A stretch of DNA of 4,891 nt, taken from the IMG/VR virus record IMGVR_UViG_2585427789_000012; one strand, given 5' to 3'. Of this stretch, positions 4,652 to 4,891 are shown piece after piece. Below the pieces are notes generated by a model. It was given only the letters and a program-made list of their open reading frames with translations. It was not told the origin of the DNA and did not search any database. Numbering within the stretch: position 1 is the first letter of the stretch; each line of letters begins with the position of its first letter. The translations under genes were made by a program, and so were the position numbers. This DNA is from a virus. Lineage: Duplodnaviria; Heunggongvirae; Uroviricota; Caudoviricetes.

Positions 4652-4891
4652 ATGCCTGAAAATACCCGATAACATGGCTTTTTAGTTTCACCAGGACGAA
4701 CGAAGCCCCGCCCCTGTTCGGGCGTATATCCAGTATTCATGGTTAGATCTCTGTGTTAGTGGATGGGTGGCGGCGGTGCGCCGCCAGCCTGATTAGTGAA
4801 CTGCCTCGCGGCTGTCCTTCCATGCCAGAACTTCGGATAAAGACCAGCCAACGGAACGACCGCCGAGTTTACGCCGTGATGGGAATTGTCC

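Noticed and set aside
3592-4740. 382-aa minus-strand ORF spanning the promoter/operator region, the rightward small genes and the terminators
   Set aside because: Only the last 68 codons (3592-3798) have an SD and gene-like sequence. The rest is Cys/Ser/Arg-rich (about 4% Cys), reads straight through the operator palindromes (..MCAHMILICAHS..) and both terminator hairpins, and is antisense to the rightward ORFs. A stop-free run this long is statistically unusual, but I judge it a chance open frame.
4741-4891. tRNA gene or attachment site at the right edge, and partial ORFs running off the window (minus-strand frame ending at 4756; plus-strand ATG at 4823)
   Set aside because: No cloverleaf-compatible sequence recognised. 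The two partial ORFs conflict and neither has an RBS or family signal, so too little sequence is in the window to call either.

Overview
This window looks like the replication and regulatory core of a P4-like satellite prophage (or closely related integrative element) from an E. coli-like host. A tightly coupled leftward operon (3798 down to 795) encodes five small proteins and a 604-aa P4-alpha-family replication protein (Walker A GPGGSGKS). It is followed by a dense array of 9-mer iterons CTGTTCACC/GGTGAACAG (552-781), whose core matches, from memory, the P4 alpha-binding octamer TGTTCACC. Past the iterons are an 81-aa ORF and the N-terminal part of an SSB-like gene that runs off the left edge. 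The operon starts from a divergent promoter region (about 3877-3976) carrying two perfect TGTGCGCACA palindromes. A small putative ribbon-helix-helix regulator and a very basic 62-aa ORF are read rightward, followed by an intrinsic terminator and a candidate ~70-nt sRNA unit. No rRNA, tRNA, CRISPR array or transposase was recognised. Family assignments rest on motifs read by eye and recalled knowledge; no searches were run. The items most worth follow-up are the uncharacterised small-gene cassette, a G8 tract that separates two ORFs by a single-base frame difference, the palindromic operators, the sRNA candidate and a marked Chi-octamer enrichment.
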